A stretch of DNA of 64,000 nucleotides from an uncultured Candidatus Rokubacteria bacterium. GTDB taxonomy: Bacteria; Methylomirabilota; Methylomirabilia; Rokubacteriales; CSP1-6. Numbering within the stretch: position 1 is the first letter of the stretch; every line of letters begins with the position of its first letter. The translations under genes were made by a program, and so were the position numbers. The notes below the pieces were generated by a model. The model did not search any database. It saw only the letters and a list, made by a program, of their open reading frames with translations, and was not told where the DNA came from. The DNA lies in NCBI GenBank assembly GCA_963762145.1, contig CAVXJS010000022.1, positions 64,001-128,000 on the forward strand, in the 5' to 3' direction. Positions 34,934 to 44,376 of this stretch are shown here, one piece after another.

Positions 34934-35118
34934 GAAATCCTCCCCGCGGGGCTGGTCGTGCGTGCGTTCCGAGTGAGCGCCGATTCCTCACGCGAGACGC
35001 TGACGGCAAGAAGTAAGCCACCGGGAGACCCACACGAAATCCCTGGGTTACGTTCTCGAGCCCCGCACGGCGGGCTGGCGTTTCGCCCGAGCGAGGACGA
35101 AATTTCGGGCAGGAAGCA

Positions 35119-35142
35119 GCGCGCCTGCAGGGATTCGAACCC
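35119..35142 (-). repeat. att-like copy of the tRNA-Arg 3' end
   Basis: GCGCGCCTGcAGGGATTCGAACCC matches the tRNA at 36158-36181 (23/24). Confidence 0.8.
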
Positions 35143-35191
35143 AGCCGGCGAATGCTACCCAGTAAGCGCAACTTTTCATGACGACACTCGC

Positions 35192-36136
35192 TCAGCGGGA
35201 TCGTCCCGACGCTCGGCGCAGCTTGTCGAGGAACGACGCCGGCATCTCGTGCCCGAGCTGCTGAGCCTTTTGCACGTCCTGCCAGGCCCGTTCGTGGTCT
35301 CCCTTGCCGTAGTAGGCGACCGCGCGGTTGCCATAGGCGTCTCCGAATCTCGGCGCCTGCGCGAGCGCCGCGCTCAGATCGGCGATCGTCCGATCGTACT
35401 GCTTCGTCGCGACGTGGATCGTCCCGCGATCGTAGAGCGCGCTGGAATCGGACGGATTGAGCTCCAGGGCCCGGTTGCAGTCGGTCAGCGCACGGTCGAA
35501 TTCGTCCAGGACGATGTAGAGGAAGCAGCGGTTCGTGTACGCTCGCGAATATTCCGGGTCCAGTCGGATCGCCCGATCGAAATACGCGATGGCCTCCCGA
35601 TACTTCTTCGCCTTCTTCAGTCGGACACCCCGGTCGAAGACCATCGCGGCATCGGGGGACGGCCTGAAGATCGTGAAGGCGCCGGTGGCGACTCTCTGAC
35701 CGTCGACGAAGAGATTCACCCGGTAGATCCCCGCGGTCCAGCTGTCGACGTTCCGCCAACCCCAGCTGTGCTGGTGATACGAGCTCGTCCAGCCCGGCTC
35801 GACGGAGGTCTGATTCGTTTGCCGGGCCAGGATCGTGCCGTCCGACCGAGACCAGACCTGCTCCACCGAGAAGCTCTTCCGGCTCGTCGGGGCGGGGTGG
35901 TCGAGATTGAGCTCCCAGGCGATGAAGCGGGCCGACGCCCGCTCAAACCAGTTCGCATAGACGCGTTTGCTGCGGGGCGTGTACTCGTATGGTGTCTCGA
36001 AGAACCGCACCAACGTGACGCGGGCGTCCAGCGATGGTATGAAGCCGGTCGGGCCCTGGGCCCGCGCCGCCGGCTGGATAACGGGGAGCAGGGCGATGGT
36101 CACCACGGCGAGCAGCGCCAGCCGGATCGGGCTCAT
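35192..36136 (-). CDS. Secreted protein with C-terminal TPR repeats
   Basis: Signal peptide, beta-rich N domain, repeats such as AIAYFDRAIRLDP and ALTDCNRALELNP. Confidence 0.85.
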   Translation of the reverse strand: MSPIRLALLAVVTIALLPVIQPAARAQGPTGFIPSLDARVTLVRFFETPYEYTPRSKRVYANWFERASARFIAWELNLDHPAPTSRKSFSVEQVWSRSDGTILARQTNQTSVEPGWTSSYHQHSWGWRNVDSWTAGIYRVNLFVDGQRVATGAFTIFRPSPDAAMVFDRGVRLKKAKKYREAIAYFDRAIRLDPEYSRAYTNRCFLYIVLDEFDRALTDCNRALELNPSDSSALYDRGTIHVATKQYDRTIADLSAALAQAPRFGDAYGNRAVAYYGKGDHERAWQDVQKAQQLGHEMPASFLDKLRRASGRSR

Positions 36137-36155
36137 GCGGCCTCGAAGCTTGGAT

Positions 36156-36232
36156 TGGCGCGCCTGGAGGGATTCGAACCCCCGACCCTCGGCTTAGAAG
36201 GCCGATGCTCTATCCAACTGAGCTACAGGCGC
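36156..36232 (-). tRNA. tRNA-Arg(TCT)
   Basis: GCGCCTGTAGCTCAGTTGGATAGAGCATCGGCCT-TCT-AAGCCGAGGGTCGGGGGTTCGAATCCCTCCAGGCGCGCCA; full cloverleaf with CCA. Confidence 0.97.
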
Positions 36233-36241
36233 GTTAGGTAC

Positions 36242-37453
36242 TTACGATACACCGGGCGAGGGCGACCCGCCCGACTCGAAGTTTTCTCGAAGTTCCGTAA
36301 ACCTTACGCTAGCCGGGACCAGGCGCTCTACGGCCTCTTGTAGGTGGTCCGGGGCGAGGTGGGAATACCTCTGGACCATCCCCAGAGTTCGCCACCCGCC
36401 GAGGGCCTGGATCGACCGGAGGTCGACTCCAGCCATGACTAGTCGCGACGCGAAAGTGTGCCGATTACAGTGCCACGTATAGCCATCCAGGCGACTCGCG
36501 TCCCTTCCGGCCGCCAGTAAGGTCGCCCGCGCGCGCTCGACGGCCTTAGGGAAGAACTTATCAGGCTGCTTATGTAGGCACGCGAAGACGGGTTCCTCCG
36601 GATCGTTCGGCGTGCGCCGCATCGCCGCAAGATCGAGCAGAACAGAGCGGACTATCGAATTCATGGGAACCTGCCGAGTGTATCCAGTCTTGGACTGTCG
36701 CACGCGTATTTGTTGGACAAGAACATCTATGTCCTGCCATTCCAAGGCGAGTTGTTCGCCCCAACGAAGACCCGTGTGGACAGAAACAATGAACAGAGGT
36801 TGAAGGTCAGGGTGGAGGGCATCACGGACTATCCGTTCCTCTTCGCCCAACAGGAACTTGATCCGACCCTCAGGCTCCTTGAACTTCCCTACGCCCGTTA
36901 CAGGATTCGTAGTCGCATGACCGTGCCGGATGGCCCGGTTGAACATGGCATGCAATAACGTCCGATATCGGTTCCGGGTGGAGTGGGACCGCTCCTGGAG
37001 CAACCCGTCCAGAAAGCTATCTACGTCGCGAGGAGTGACCGCATCGAGTTTCATTCCGCCGAAAGCCTTCTTCATCAAGTCGACACGGCTTTCCTCGGTG
37101 CGCCATCCGCGATGGTGCAGCTTCGACCAAATGAGGTACTGCTCACCATACTCACCAAATGTCACGCGGCGGGCCTCGGTCTGGCGCTCCGCTAGTGCGC
37201 GTTCTCGTGCCCTCCGCCGCTCCTCCTTCGGGCACCAACCTGGCTCGTCATGGGCCCTCGCTCGTCGAGCGTGGTATGCGCGCAAGGCAACGCTTTTGAT
37301 CGGTCCGGCCTTCTCTTGATGGATATGGCCAACCGCGCACGTATATCGAATGCCCCATTCCTCGGACGGATGACGGAACAAACCGGGAGGGGCCTGGTCC
37401 TTCTTACGGGTCGACCAACTCCGGTGACTGCGGGGCACCTCATCACCGTTCAT
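36242..37453 (-). CDS. int: Tyrosine recombinase/integrase
   Basis: HTGLRWGE, KTG, WHCNRHTFAS, LGGW, QRYSH. Confidence 0.95.
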   Translation of the reverse strand: MNGDEVPRSHRSWSTRKKDQAPPGLFRHPSEEWGIRYTCAVGHIHQEKAGPIKSVALRAYHARRARAHDEPGWCPKEERRRARERALAERQTEARRVTFGEYGEQYLIWSKLHHRGWRTEESRVDLMKKAFGGMKLDAVTPRDVDSFLDGLLQERSHSTRNRYRTLLHAMFNRAIRHGHATTNPVTGVGKFKEPEGRIKFLLGEEERIVRDALHPDLQPLFIVSVHTGLRWGEQLALEWQDIDVLVQQIRVRQSKTGYTRQVPMNSIVRSVLLDLAAMRRTPNDPEEPVFACLHKQPDKFFPKAVERARATLLAAGRDASRLDGYTWHCNRHTFASRLVMAGVDLRSIQALGGWRTLGMVQRYSHLAPDHLQEAVERLVPASVRFTELRENFESGGSPSPGVS

Positions 37454-37522
37454 GGTTTGCTCGTGGACCGGGGGCCGGTAGGCCTCGTGGGATCAACCAT
37501 CTTCTATAGGAGCCCACACGGT

Positions 37523-38155
37523 TCATCTCGCGCTCTTTTTCAGCATTCGCCTATTTCGCATCCTTTGCGAGCACACGCTTGAGCAGTATATCTGCCGTTT
37601 ACTCGCTACTAACCACGCACCGCATTCCGTACACGATCGGAGTCGTGATCCGGACACTAAGATAAGATTGAACAGGCCTCTCACGATCGCCCCTCCCTCA
37701 TCATCCTCCCAATAGAGGAGTGGTCGGCCCACAGACCGCCCCCGTTCGCGTACAAGAAAAACCCGCCCTTGCGAAGGGACAGGCAAACGCTCACCGGCAA
37801 GGTAAGTCTGAATGGCTTTCCGGAGCGTGGCATGGATCGTCCGGATCTTCTGGTCGGCTAGTGGTCCAACTGTCACTCGATAGCTCGAATCACTAGGTAT
37901 CAAAACCCGGAGGCCGTAGCCGAGGGACTCCCGTTCTGCTGAACTCAATTCTTCAAGATCCAATTGAGCGAAAGCGACAGCCCATCTAAGCTGAGCCGTC
38001 GGCCTTCCGGGCATTTCCTTCTGAGCACGGTCCATCTGGTGCCGATACTCCTGCACTTCGGACCACGATGGGCGCCTCGCGAGCCGGACGCGTGATCGGC
38101 CTAAGGCCTGCGATAGGGCTCGTCCATTCCTAGTCTTCCCGCCCATAGGCTTCAC
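37523..38155 (-). CDS. Protein with a C-terminal CGNR-like zinc finger (putative regulator)
   Basis: LRSCTEC...QIYCSSVC..R.R.RR. Confidence 0.65.
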   Translation of the reverse strand: MKPMGGKTRNGRALSQALGRSRVRLARRPSWSEVQEYRHQMDRAQKEMPGRPTAQLRWAVAFAQLDLEELSSAERESLGYGLRVLIPSDSSYRVTVGPLADQKIRTIHATLRKAIQTYLAGERLPVPSQGRVFLVRERGRSVGRPLLYWEDDEGGAIVRGLFNLILVSGSRLRSCTECGAWLVASKRQIYCSSVCSQRMRNRRMLKKSAR

Positions 38156-38160
38156 CCCTC

Positions 38161-38300
38161 CCGATCGCTCCCGATCCCTCTCAATCGCTCTTTATCGTTC
38201 CCTCTCTAAGTCTACCGCCCTACGGCGTCTATGTAAAACAGTATTTAACTTCGGTACGATAATCATACTATAATCGTCTTACGATCGCTAAGACCAATCT
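38161..38300. promoter_or_regulatory. Divergent control region with 10-bp tandem repeats and a palindrome
   Basis: ccgATCGcTC/ccgATCccTC/tcaATCGcTC/tttATCGtTC at 38161-38200; TATAAT; GTCTTA-cgatcgc-TAAGAC. Confidence 0.55.
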
Positions 38301-38319
38301 CGTTCGGAAGGAGACGCCT

Positions 38320-38541
38320 ATGAAACAATCCATGAATCTCGAGGAAGCTGGAAAATTTATAGGGGTCTCCCCGCACACGCTCCGGGTATACGCGCGCACG
38401 GGGCGGGTGACGCACTTCAAAATCGGCCGCAGACTCGTCTTTGATCGAGCCGACCTTGAAGAATTTCTCGCCACAAAGAAAAAGCCAGCCCACATTGCGC
38501 CGGCAACGACCGCAGGACGTGGTTCGGGCCGCAAGCTCTAA
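38320..38541 (+). CDS. Excisionase-like HTH protein (HTH_17)
   Basis: MNLEEAGKFIGVSPHTLR...KIGRRLVFDRADLEEF; GGAG RBS. Confidence 0.88.
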   Translation: MKQSMNLEEAGKFIGVSPHTLRVYARTGRVTHFKIGRRLVFDRADLEEFLATKKKPAHIAPATTAGRGSGRKL

Positions 38542-38730
38542 ACGGCGGGAGTGCCGCCGTGACTTCCGCGCCCCAACCATGCTCTGCGCGTACCTCGACA
38601 CAACGGTCCCAAGCAAGACTCGGTTCTTGGGGATACTACCCAACTTCCACGTCTGGAGGGCCATGCGGATGTCAGGGGCCGACCGCGAGCGGCTGGCCGG
38701 GCGAGGGCCGGACCACGCTCGGAGCCGACC

Positions 38731-39939
38731 ATGACTAGGGACGACCAGATCACGGTTTCAGCTACACGTTCGGCCCGAGCGTATCTGAAGGATGGGTTCA
38801 AGGTCATCCCAGTGCCCGCGGGTAAAAAGGGCCCACGTATTAAACGATGGCAAGAACTCAACATCTCGAGGCAGGAGGTCGCCCAACATTTCAACGCTCG
38901 CAACAACATCGGGGTGCTGCTAGGCGCGAAGGCAGACTGGCTCGTCGACGTCGATCTGGACGCCGATGAGGCGGTGACAGCGGCAGAGGCTTTCTTGCCC
39001 AAGACGGGCTGGGTCCACGGTCGCCCGGGGAAGCCGAGGTCTCATCGGTTTTATAGGGCCAAAGGCGTGAAGACGAAGCGGTTCATCGATCCGAAGGGCC
39101 AGTGCCTCGTCGAGCTCCGGAGCACGGGTTGCCAGACCCTTGTCCCGCCAAGCCTTCATCCTTCCGGGGAGCGTTACCGGTGGGACCAGCAAGGCAAACC
39201 GAACCGCGTTCCGGCCAAAGAACTCTACCAGCGTGTCGCCCGCGTGGCCGCCTGCACGCTGATCGCGCGGAGCTGGCCGAAGCGGGGAGATCGCCACTCC
39301 TGTGCGCTGGCCCTCGCGGGCTTGCTTCTCGGGGCGGGTTGGTCGGCCAAGCAGGTCGAACATTTCCTCGCGACGGCCGCTCGGATCGCGGGCGACGAGG
39401 AGTATAGGAAGCGGACCAGCGTTGTCCGGGATACCAAGAAAAGGCTGTCGATGGGCAAGCCCGTCACCGGACGTCGTGCGCTCGAGAAGATCCTCGGCGC
39501 TTCGGTTGTCCATCTCATCTCGGATTGGCTCGAAGCTACGCCGAATCCTGCGAAGGGCCCTCGCGACCGGAGCTCGGAAAACCGTGATTTCAACCTGACG
39601 GCCGTCCGTCTGCTCGAGCTGGATCAGCCTCAGCGTCGGATCGTTGAAGTCAAGGCCGAGATCGCAGGTGCGGTTGAGACATTCCACGTCCTCCCGGCTG
39701 TCGTGAGGGATGCCAAGAAGTTGGCCAGCGTCATAGCGGATCGCCCAGGGGAGATGCTCAACAATGATGATCCGCGACTGGTCCGACTTCGTCACCAGAT
39801 TCCTAGCATTCCGCGCGTTCACGCCGTCTCACAACTCGGCTGGACGGCCACACACGACGTCTTTATGTACGGTACGCGTCCCCTGCGAACCGCCGGCTTC
39901 CATGGGGAGGCTATCTTTCTCACCGGCGAGACACGGTGA
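38731..39939 (+). CDS. Bifunctional DNA primase/polymerase (Prim-Pol) domain protein
   Basis: G.KVIP...KKGP, NIG, VDVDLD, HRFY, ELRSTGCQTLVPPSLHPSGERYRW. Confidence 0.88.
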   Translation: MTRDDQITVSATRSARAYLKDGFKVIPVPAGKKGPRIKRWQELNISRQEVAQHFNARNNIGVLLGAKADWLVDVDLDADEAVTAAEAFLPKTGWVHGRPGKPRSHRFYRAKGVKTKRFIDPKGQCLVELRSTGCQTLVPPSLHPSGERYRWDQQGKPNRVPAKELYQRVARVAACTLIARSWPKRGDRHSCALALAGLLLGAGWSAKQVEHFLATAARIAGDEEYRKRTSVVRDTKKRLSMGKPVTGRRALEKILGASVVHLISDWLEATPNPAKGPRDRSSENRDFNLTAVRLLELDQPQRRIVEVKAEIAGAVETFHVLPAVVRDAKKLASVIADRPGEMLNNDDPRLVRLRHQIPSIPRVHAVSQLGWTATHDVFMYGTRPLRTAGFHGEAIFLTGETR

Positions 39940-41144
39940 TGTCGGCCGTACCGGATCTGGACCCGAAGGGAACACGACAAAAGCAGTATCACTACCTGCG
40001 AGAGCTATGGAAAGAACCCATGGGTCGCTTGGTGCTCGCGCTGTCGGCAGCATCGCCAGCCCTCGAGCTCGTTGGCGCCCCGACGACCGTCTTTCACCTC
40101 GCGGGGCCGACGGGGATCGGCAAGTCCTGCTTGTTCCGGCTCGCGATTGCTGTCTACGGAAACCCGGGCGGGTCACTCCTGCGCTTCGATGTGTCGAAGG
40201 ACACGCAGAACTACATGGATGCGCGACTCGGCATCGTCCGACATTTCCCCGTCCTAATTGACGAGACCACGTTGCTTGATTCTGACGCGATCAGCAAGCT
40301 TGCCTACAATGTGGCGCTGGGCGCAGATAAGGGTCGGCTCGGCGGAACGGACAAGGGCTTTACACCCACTGATCCCAATCCCTATCGCCTGGTGGCCCTA
40401 ATGTCGGGCGAGCATTCCATCCGCGACCAAGTTGAGCATAGCGGTGCGACGGCGCGAATCGCCGAGATCGTTCTGGACAAGCCCATCTTTGAAGTTACCG
40501 AGTTGCGTCGGTGGTATCAGCGTGCCGACTACCATCATGCTTGGATCGGCCGCGACCTCATTCAGAGCGTGATCACGAGGTACCAGGGGGACGAGACCAA
40601 TCGGTGGGCTCGGCTATTCAAGCTCTACAACCGCATCCACCAGAACACCGCGAAGTGGTGTCACAATCACGGGCGGGTGATTGATTTTCTGGCCGTGCTG
40701 CAGCTTGGATTCGTCCTAATGTATCGCCAGCTCATGATGAAGTTCCGGCCCCTCCGACACGGAGAGCTGAAGACGATCCGTGGGAAGGCGCGCACATTTG
40801 CAAGGCAGATCTATGGGCAGCTCAACCTCGTCGTTGGGGTCGATCACGTCCTGAATGAGATCCGGCAGCTTCCGAAGATCTACCGGTGGGTGAAGAAGGG
40901 TCTCGTGCCGCTCCGCATCCTCGAGCCCGTCGCCATCCGTCTAGGGATGGTTCAGCGGGGTCGGCTCACCGCGATGCTGAAGAGACACAATATTAGTTCC
41001 GGCGTTCAGCCCCGGCAGATCCAGTTCAACAAGACAGCGGCCCGAATTTCTTGTCGCTGTGTCCTGCTGACCACGGAAGGTATGAAGCGCCTTTCGGATA
41101 GGTATGAACACAACCGAGTCTTCAGGCGGAGGAGACTAAGCTGA
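39936..41144 (+). CDS. DUF927-like P-loop helicase
   Basis: FHLAGPTGIGKS Walker A, LIDE Walker B, G..KGR, LMSGE, R..EI. Confidence 0.82.
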   Translation: MMSAVPDLDPKGTRQKQYHYLRELWKEPMGRLVLALSAASPALELVGAPTTVFHLAGPTGIGKSCLFRLAIAVYGNPGGSLLRFDVSKDTQNYMDARLGIVRHFPVLIDETTLLDSDAISKLAYNVALGADKGRLGGTDKGFTPTDPNPYRLVALMSGEHSIRDQVEHSGATARIAEIVLDKPIFEVTELRRWYQRADYHHAWIGRDLIQSVITRYQGDETNRWARLFKLYNRIHQNTAKWCHNHGRVIDFLAVLQLGFVLMYRQLMMKFRPLRHGELKTIRGKARTFARQIYGQLNLVVGVDHVLNEIRQLPKIYRWVKKGLVPLRILEPVAIRLGMVQRGRLTAMLKRHNISSGVQPRQIQFNKTAARISCRCVLLTTEGMKRLSDRYEHNRVFRRRRLS

Positions 41145-41510
41145 CTACGCTCTCAGAGGGTACCCCCAGGCTCGGCGTACACAGCAGAACCACAAACAAA
41201 CGAGACTTATTTGGGGAGAGAGGAGAGACAGTGGAGAGAGAGAGAGAGAGAAAGAGAGAGAAGAGAGAAGAGAGAGAAGAGAGAGAGAGGGAGAGAGAGA
41301 GAAGTCAGAGAGAAGGGAAGGAGACGAAACGGAAAGATCCTAGCAGGACTGATTGGGACCCTTCCACCAACGTAGTCAGCGTAGTCGGCCCGCATTTCAA
41401 CATCGCGATTTGGTACCCGTTCCACCAACGTAGTTAACGTAGTTGGTTCGCGTCCCAACACTACATGAATCAGCTATGCCTGTCTGCGCCTCGCCGATTC
41501 TTATAGCCGA
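41143..41510. repeat. Putative replication origin: iterons, (GA)n tract and two ~57-bp units
   Basis: GACTACG at 41143; purine tract 41213-41325; four CGTAGT repeats in two pairs at 41367-41446. Confidence 0.65.
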
Positions 41511-41711
41511 TCCGCGCCTCGCGACGGCGAGAAGGGGGCTCGAGGAGGGCTGGAGCACCCCTAGGACCAACGATCCATTCGGCCCTCCTAGTCTCGCCTC
41601 TCCCCGTGATCTGACCCTTGGTTTACAGGCGGTTTCGCCCCTTAGGGGAGCGTTGAGCCTTACTTCGTGAAGTGAACGTCAGGTTCCGCTCACTGTTTGG
41701 AGGATAGACAA

Positions 41712-42375
41712 ATGCGCCTCAAGAGACCGACCTCGTTATTTTGCCTTGCACCTCGGGAAAGGAGGGACGCCGAACAAAGTGGCCAGAGAAACGTCTTCGT
41801 GACTTCCTCGGTCCTCAGGCTGCCAAAATACTTCGTGCTGGTCGGAAGGACGCGTTTAACCATCCCAAGACTCGCTTTTCCCAAAGACGCCCAAGTACCC
41901 GAAGACACCGCGTAGGGCGCTACTAGACATGTATAGTGGCAATCTTTACACTTCATCCTTCAAGCGACTCCTTCGTCGACTGCTGAGACATGGGGTCTAT
42001 GTGCTAGTACTCACAGGTGGCCACGGCTTCGGACATCCGCAGGAGCGGAAACGCAAGTACGATGCTCATCTTCCTGCTATCGCGCCCGTCTGGAGAAAGC
42101 ACCTCCCAGTGATACTCGAGGATTTCATCACTCGAAACCGCATCAGGCGCGTATTTATTGCCTGCTCACAATCCTATGCCCGTGTTTTGAGTAGCGGATC
42201 TGATAAATGGGCATCCCGGGTCTCCGTTTTCTGTTACACGCCGCGTACACGCCCTGGTAGGGGAAATCGGGCCTCGGATATCGCCGCTCAAAACCGGCAC
42301 GCGATCCGAGCGTTGGCCAAGTCAGGCAAACCAGACAAACGATGGAAGCGTGGTCCTAAGCCTGACCTGAGCTAG
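41712..42375 (+). pseudogene. DUF6884/YaaA-like protein, interrupted
   Basis: ILPCTSGK...MYSGNLY...VLVLTGGHG...YDAHL spread over frames. Confidence 0.45.
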
Positions 42376-42692
42376 ACCGTCTTCTACTCTTTTCCGGCTC
42401 GGAGTTCGAGGCTCGTGGGTGTTGCCCGCTGCAAGGGCTAGGATCGACCCAGCGATTCCTACTTGCCTGGCTTGACACGATTCGCAGGCTGATGGACGAT
42501 CCGGCAGGGCAGGTTTCTGGGGGTCAAAAAGTGGTGAATTCGGGTATTCCGCTGCTATTGCAAATCCGCTAGGCGGGCTAGTATGTCGGCTATACCCCCT
42601 CACATTCGAGTAGCGTTCGTCTGAATTGCTCTGGCTTAGCCAGTTTAGTTCCTCAAGCTGGGAGACATCCGCGATCAAAGCCACCGGATTCT

Positions 42693-43166
42693 TGAAGAGA
42701 CACGGTCTTAGCTCCGGTGTTCAACCCCGCCAGATCCGTTTTAAGAAGACGGCGGCCCGAATTTCCAGTCGCTGTGTGAACCGCCTTTCGGGTTGATAGC
42801 AGCCCGTGTCCTCGCCTTCAGACGAGTGACTACCCTGACTACGCTCCCGGAGTCGGTACCCTCGAGCGTGAGCATACAAACACACACTCAAAACCAGAGA
42901 GAGAGAACGAGAGAGAGAAAGAAGAAGGACGGAGAAGGAAGGGACACATCATAATAGCGGCTAGCTGATTGGGTACCCTTCCGCCAACGTAGTCAACGTA
43001 GTCGGCTCGCGTCCCAACCCGACATGGCGCCGTCAGCTTGCTTGCAGGTGAACTCGAATGTGGGAGAAAAGTCCGTGGTTCTACCCCTTCTGCTCCTAGG
43101 AGATGTCCGTTAGAAGGCTATGGAGTCGGCTATGCCCGTCCGCACCTCGCCGATTCTTACAGCCGA
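42693..43166. repeat. Diverged second copy of the helicase 3' end and origin region
   Basis: Aligns with 40978-41510 (TGAAGAGACAC...GCCCGAATTT; GACTACGCT; GA tract; CCAACGTAGTCAACGTAGTCGG; TCGCCGATTCTTAyAGCCGA). Confidence 0.85.
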
Positions 43167-43734
43167 ACCTGACTTCGACGAGCTCGACAAGGTCTACCTT
43201 TGGGGGTTACAGGTCTTTGGAGACCGCCCCGGGCCACACATGGCGGCCTTCCTAGGTTTTGGCGCCGATGGTGATCAAGAGGGATGGGAGACGTTTCTCG
43301 CAACAGCAGAAAGGATCTTCAACGAATACGGCGACCTCCCATTTGTGCACTGGAGTCAATATGAGCGGGTACGTCTCGACGTCTATCTTGAACGGTTTGG
43401 AGATCGGCGCGGCATAGGGGGCCGAGTTCGGGCGAATCTGTGTGATCTCCTCCGCGTAACCCAGAATGCCGTGGCTCTTCCGCTCCCGAGTTACAGCCTC
43501 AAGGTGGTGGAGAAGCACGTCGGCTTCGAACGGAAACTCGTGGACACTGGCGGGGCGTGGGCCATCGCGAAGTACATCGAGGCAGTGGAGACTGAAGACA
43601 TTGCGCAGCGTGCTGCTCTCATCGACGAGGTTCGCGCATACAACGAAGAGGACCTAGCGGCCACATGGGCAGTTCTTCGGTGGCTCAAGAGGAAGACCGC
43701 GGCCCAGCAATTCCGCTCGTATTACGTGCCTTAA
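43120..43734 (+). CDS. RNase H-like C-terminal domain of a TM0106-family nuclease, N-terminally truncated
   Basis: YLWG, HWSQYE, DL, SYSLKVVE...GF, YNEEDL.AT. Confidence 0.75.
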   Translation: MESAMPVRTSPILTAEPDFDELDKVYLWGLQVFGDRPGPHMAAFLGFGADGDQEGWETFLATAERIFNEYGDLPFVHWSQYERVRLDVYLERFGDRRGIGGRVRANLCDLLRVTQNAVALPLPSYSLKVVEKHVGFERKLVDTGGAWAIAKYIEAVETEDIAQRAALIDEVRAYNEEDLAATWAVLRWLKRKTAAQQFRSYYVP

Positions 43735-44376
43735 CATTTCCTAACCGGCACTTCATAGTCAGCATCAGTCAGCGCTTTCCCCTCCAATCTACTGTCGCAT
43801 TCGTTCTCGTGCCTCTCTGATTTGCTCGGCGGCGTGCTTCTTCTCGAGGCGCTCGATCTCCGCGGCCTTCGCCTCGTCCATGCTTGCGGGCTCGATGTCG
43901 ACCGTCCCATAAAGTTGGCGGAGTCGACGGGCTCGCACCCGGGCGTGCTGCTCGTGGGCGTGTTCGCCACACTCCCCGATTCGCTAGCTCCGCGCCTCGC
44001 CCTCCCGGGCGGCTTCCCGCCGCACACGCGCCGGCTGCTGCACGCTTGGCCGGCCGAGGGGCGTTGCCGCAGGCGTTCACGCTATGATCCGTCCGACCCC
44101 CCAGAGCGGTGCGGAAGCCCTGGAGCGTAGCCACCTCATGTCTGCCCCTCCAAGTGCTCCACGCGGTGGCCAGAAGCCGAACGTTCGGCTCTGATAGACT
44201 CCCTGCGGCCGGTCTGCGAGGCCTGCGGAGGGCCGCGGGAGCCCCGGAAGCGCGAGCATCTCGGATAAGTGCCGGGCCGCCTTGAGTCGGCGGCACCGCA
44301 AGGATGCCCAACGGACCCGCGATGAGACGATCCGCACCCTCTCGGAGACCGCCCTGGAGAAGTTGGGGGAGCGCCC

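Noticed and set aside
41207-41461. ORFs with ER- or SL-repeat peptides
   Set aside because: These are translations of the GA tract.
41351-41463. CRISPR array
   Set aside because: Only two degenerate units with no unique spacers and no cas genes. They fit iterons better.
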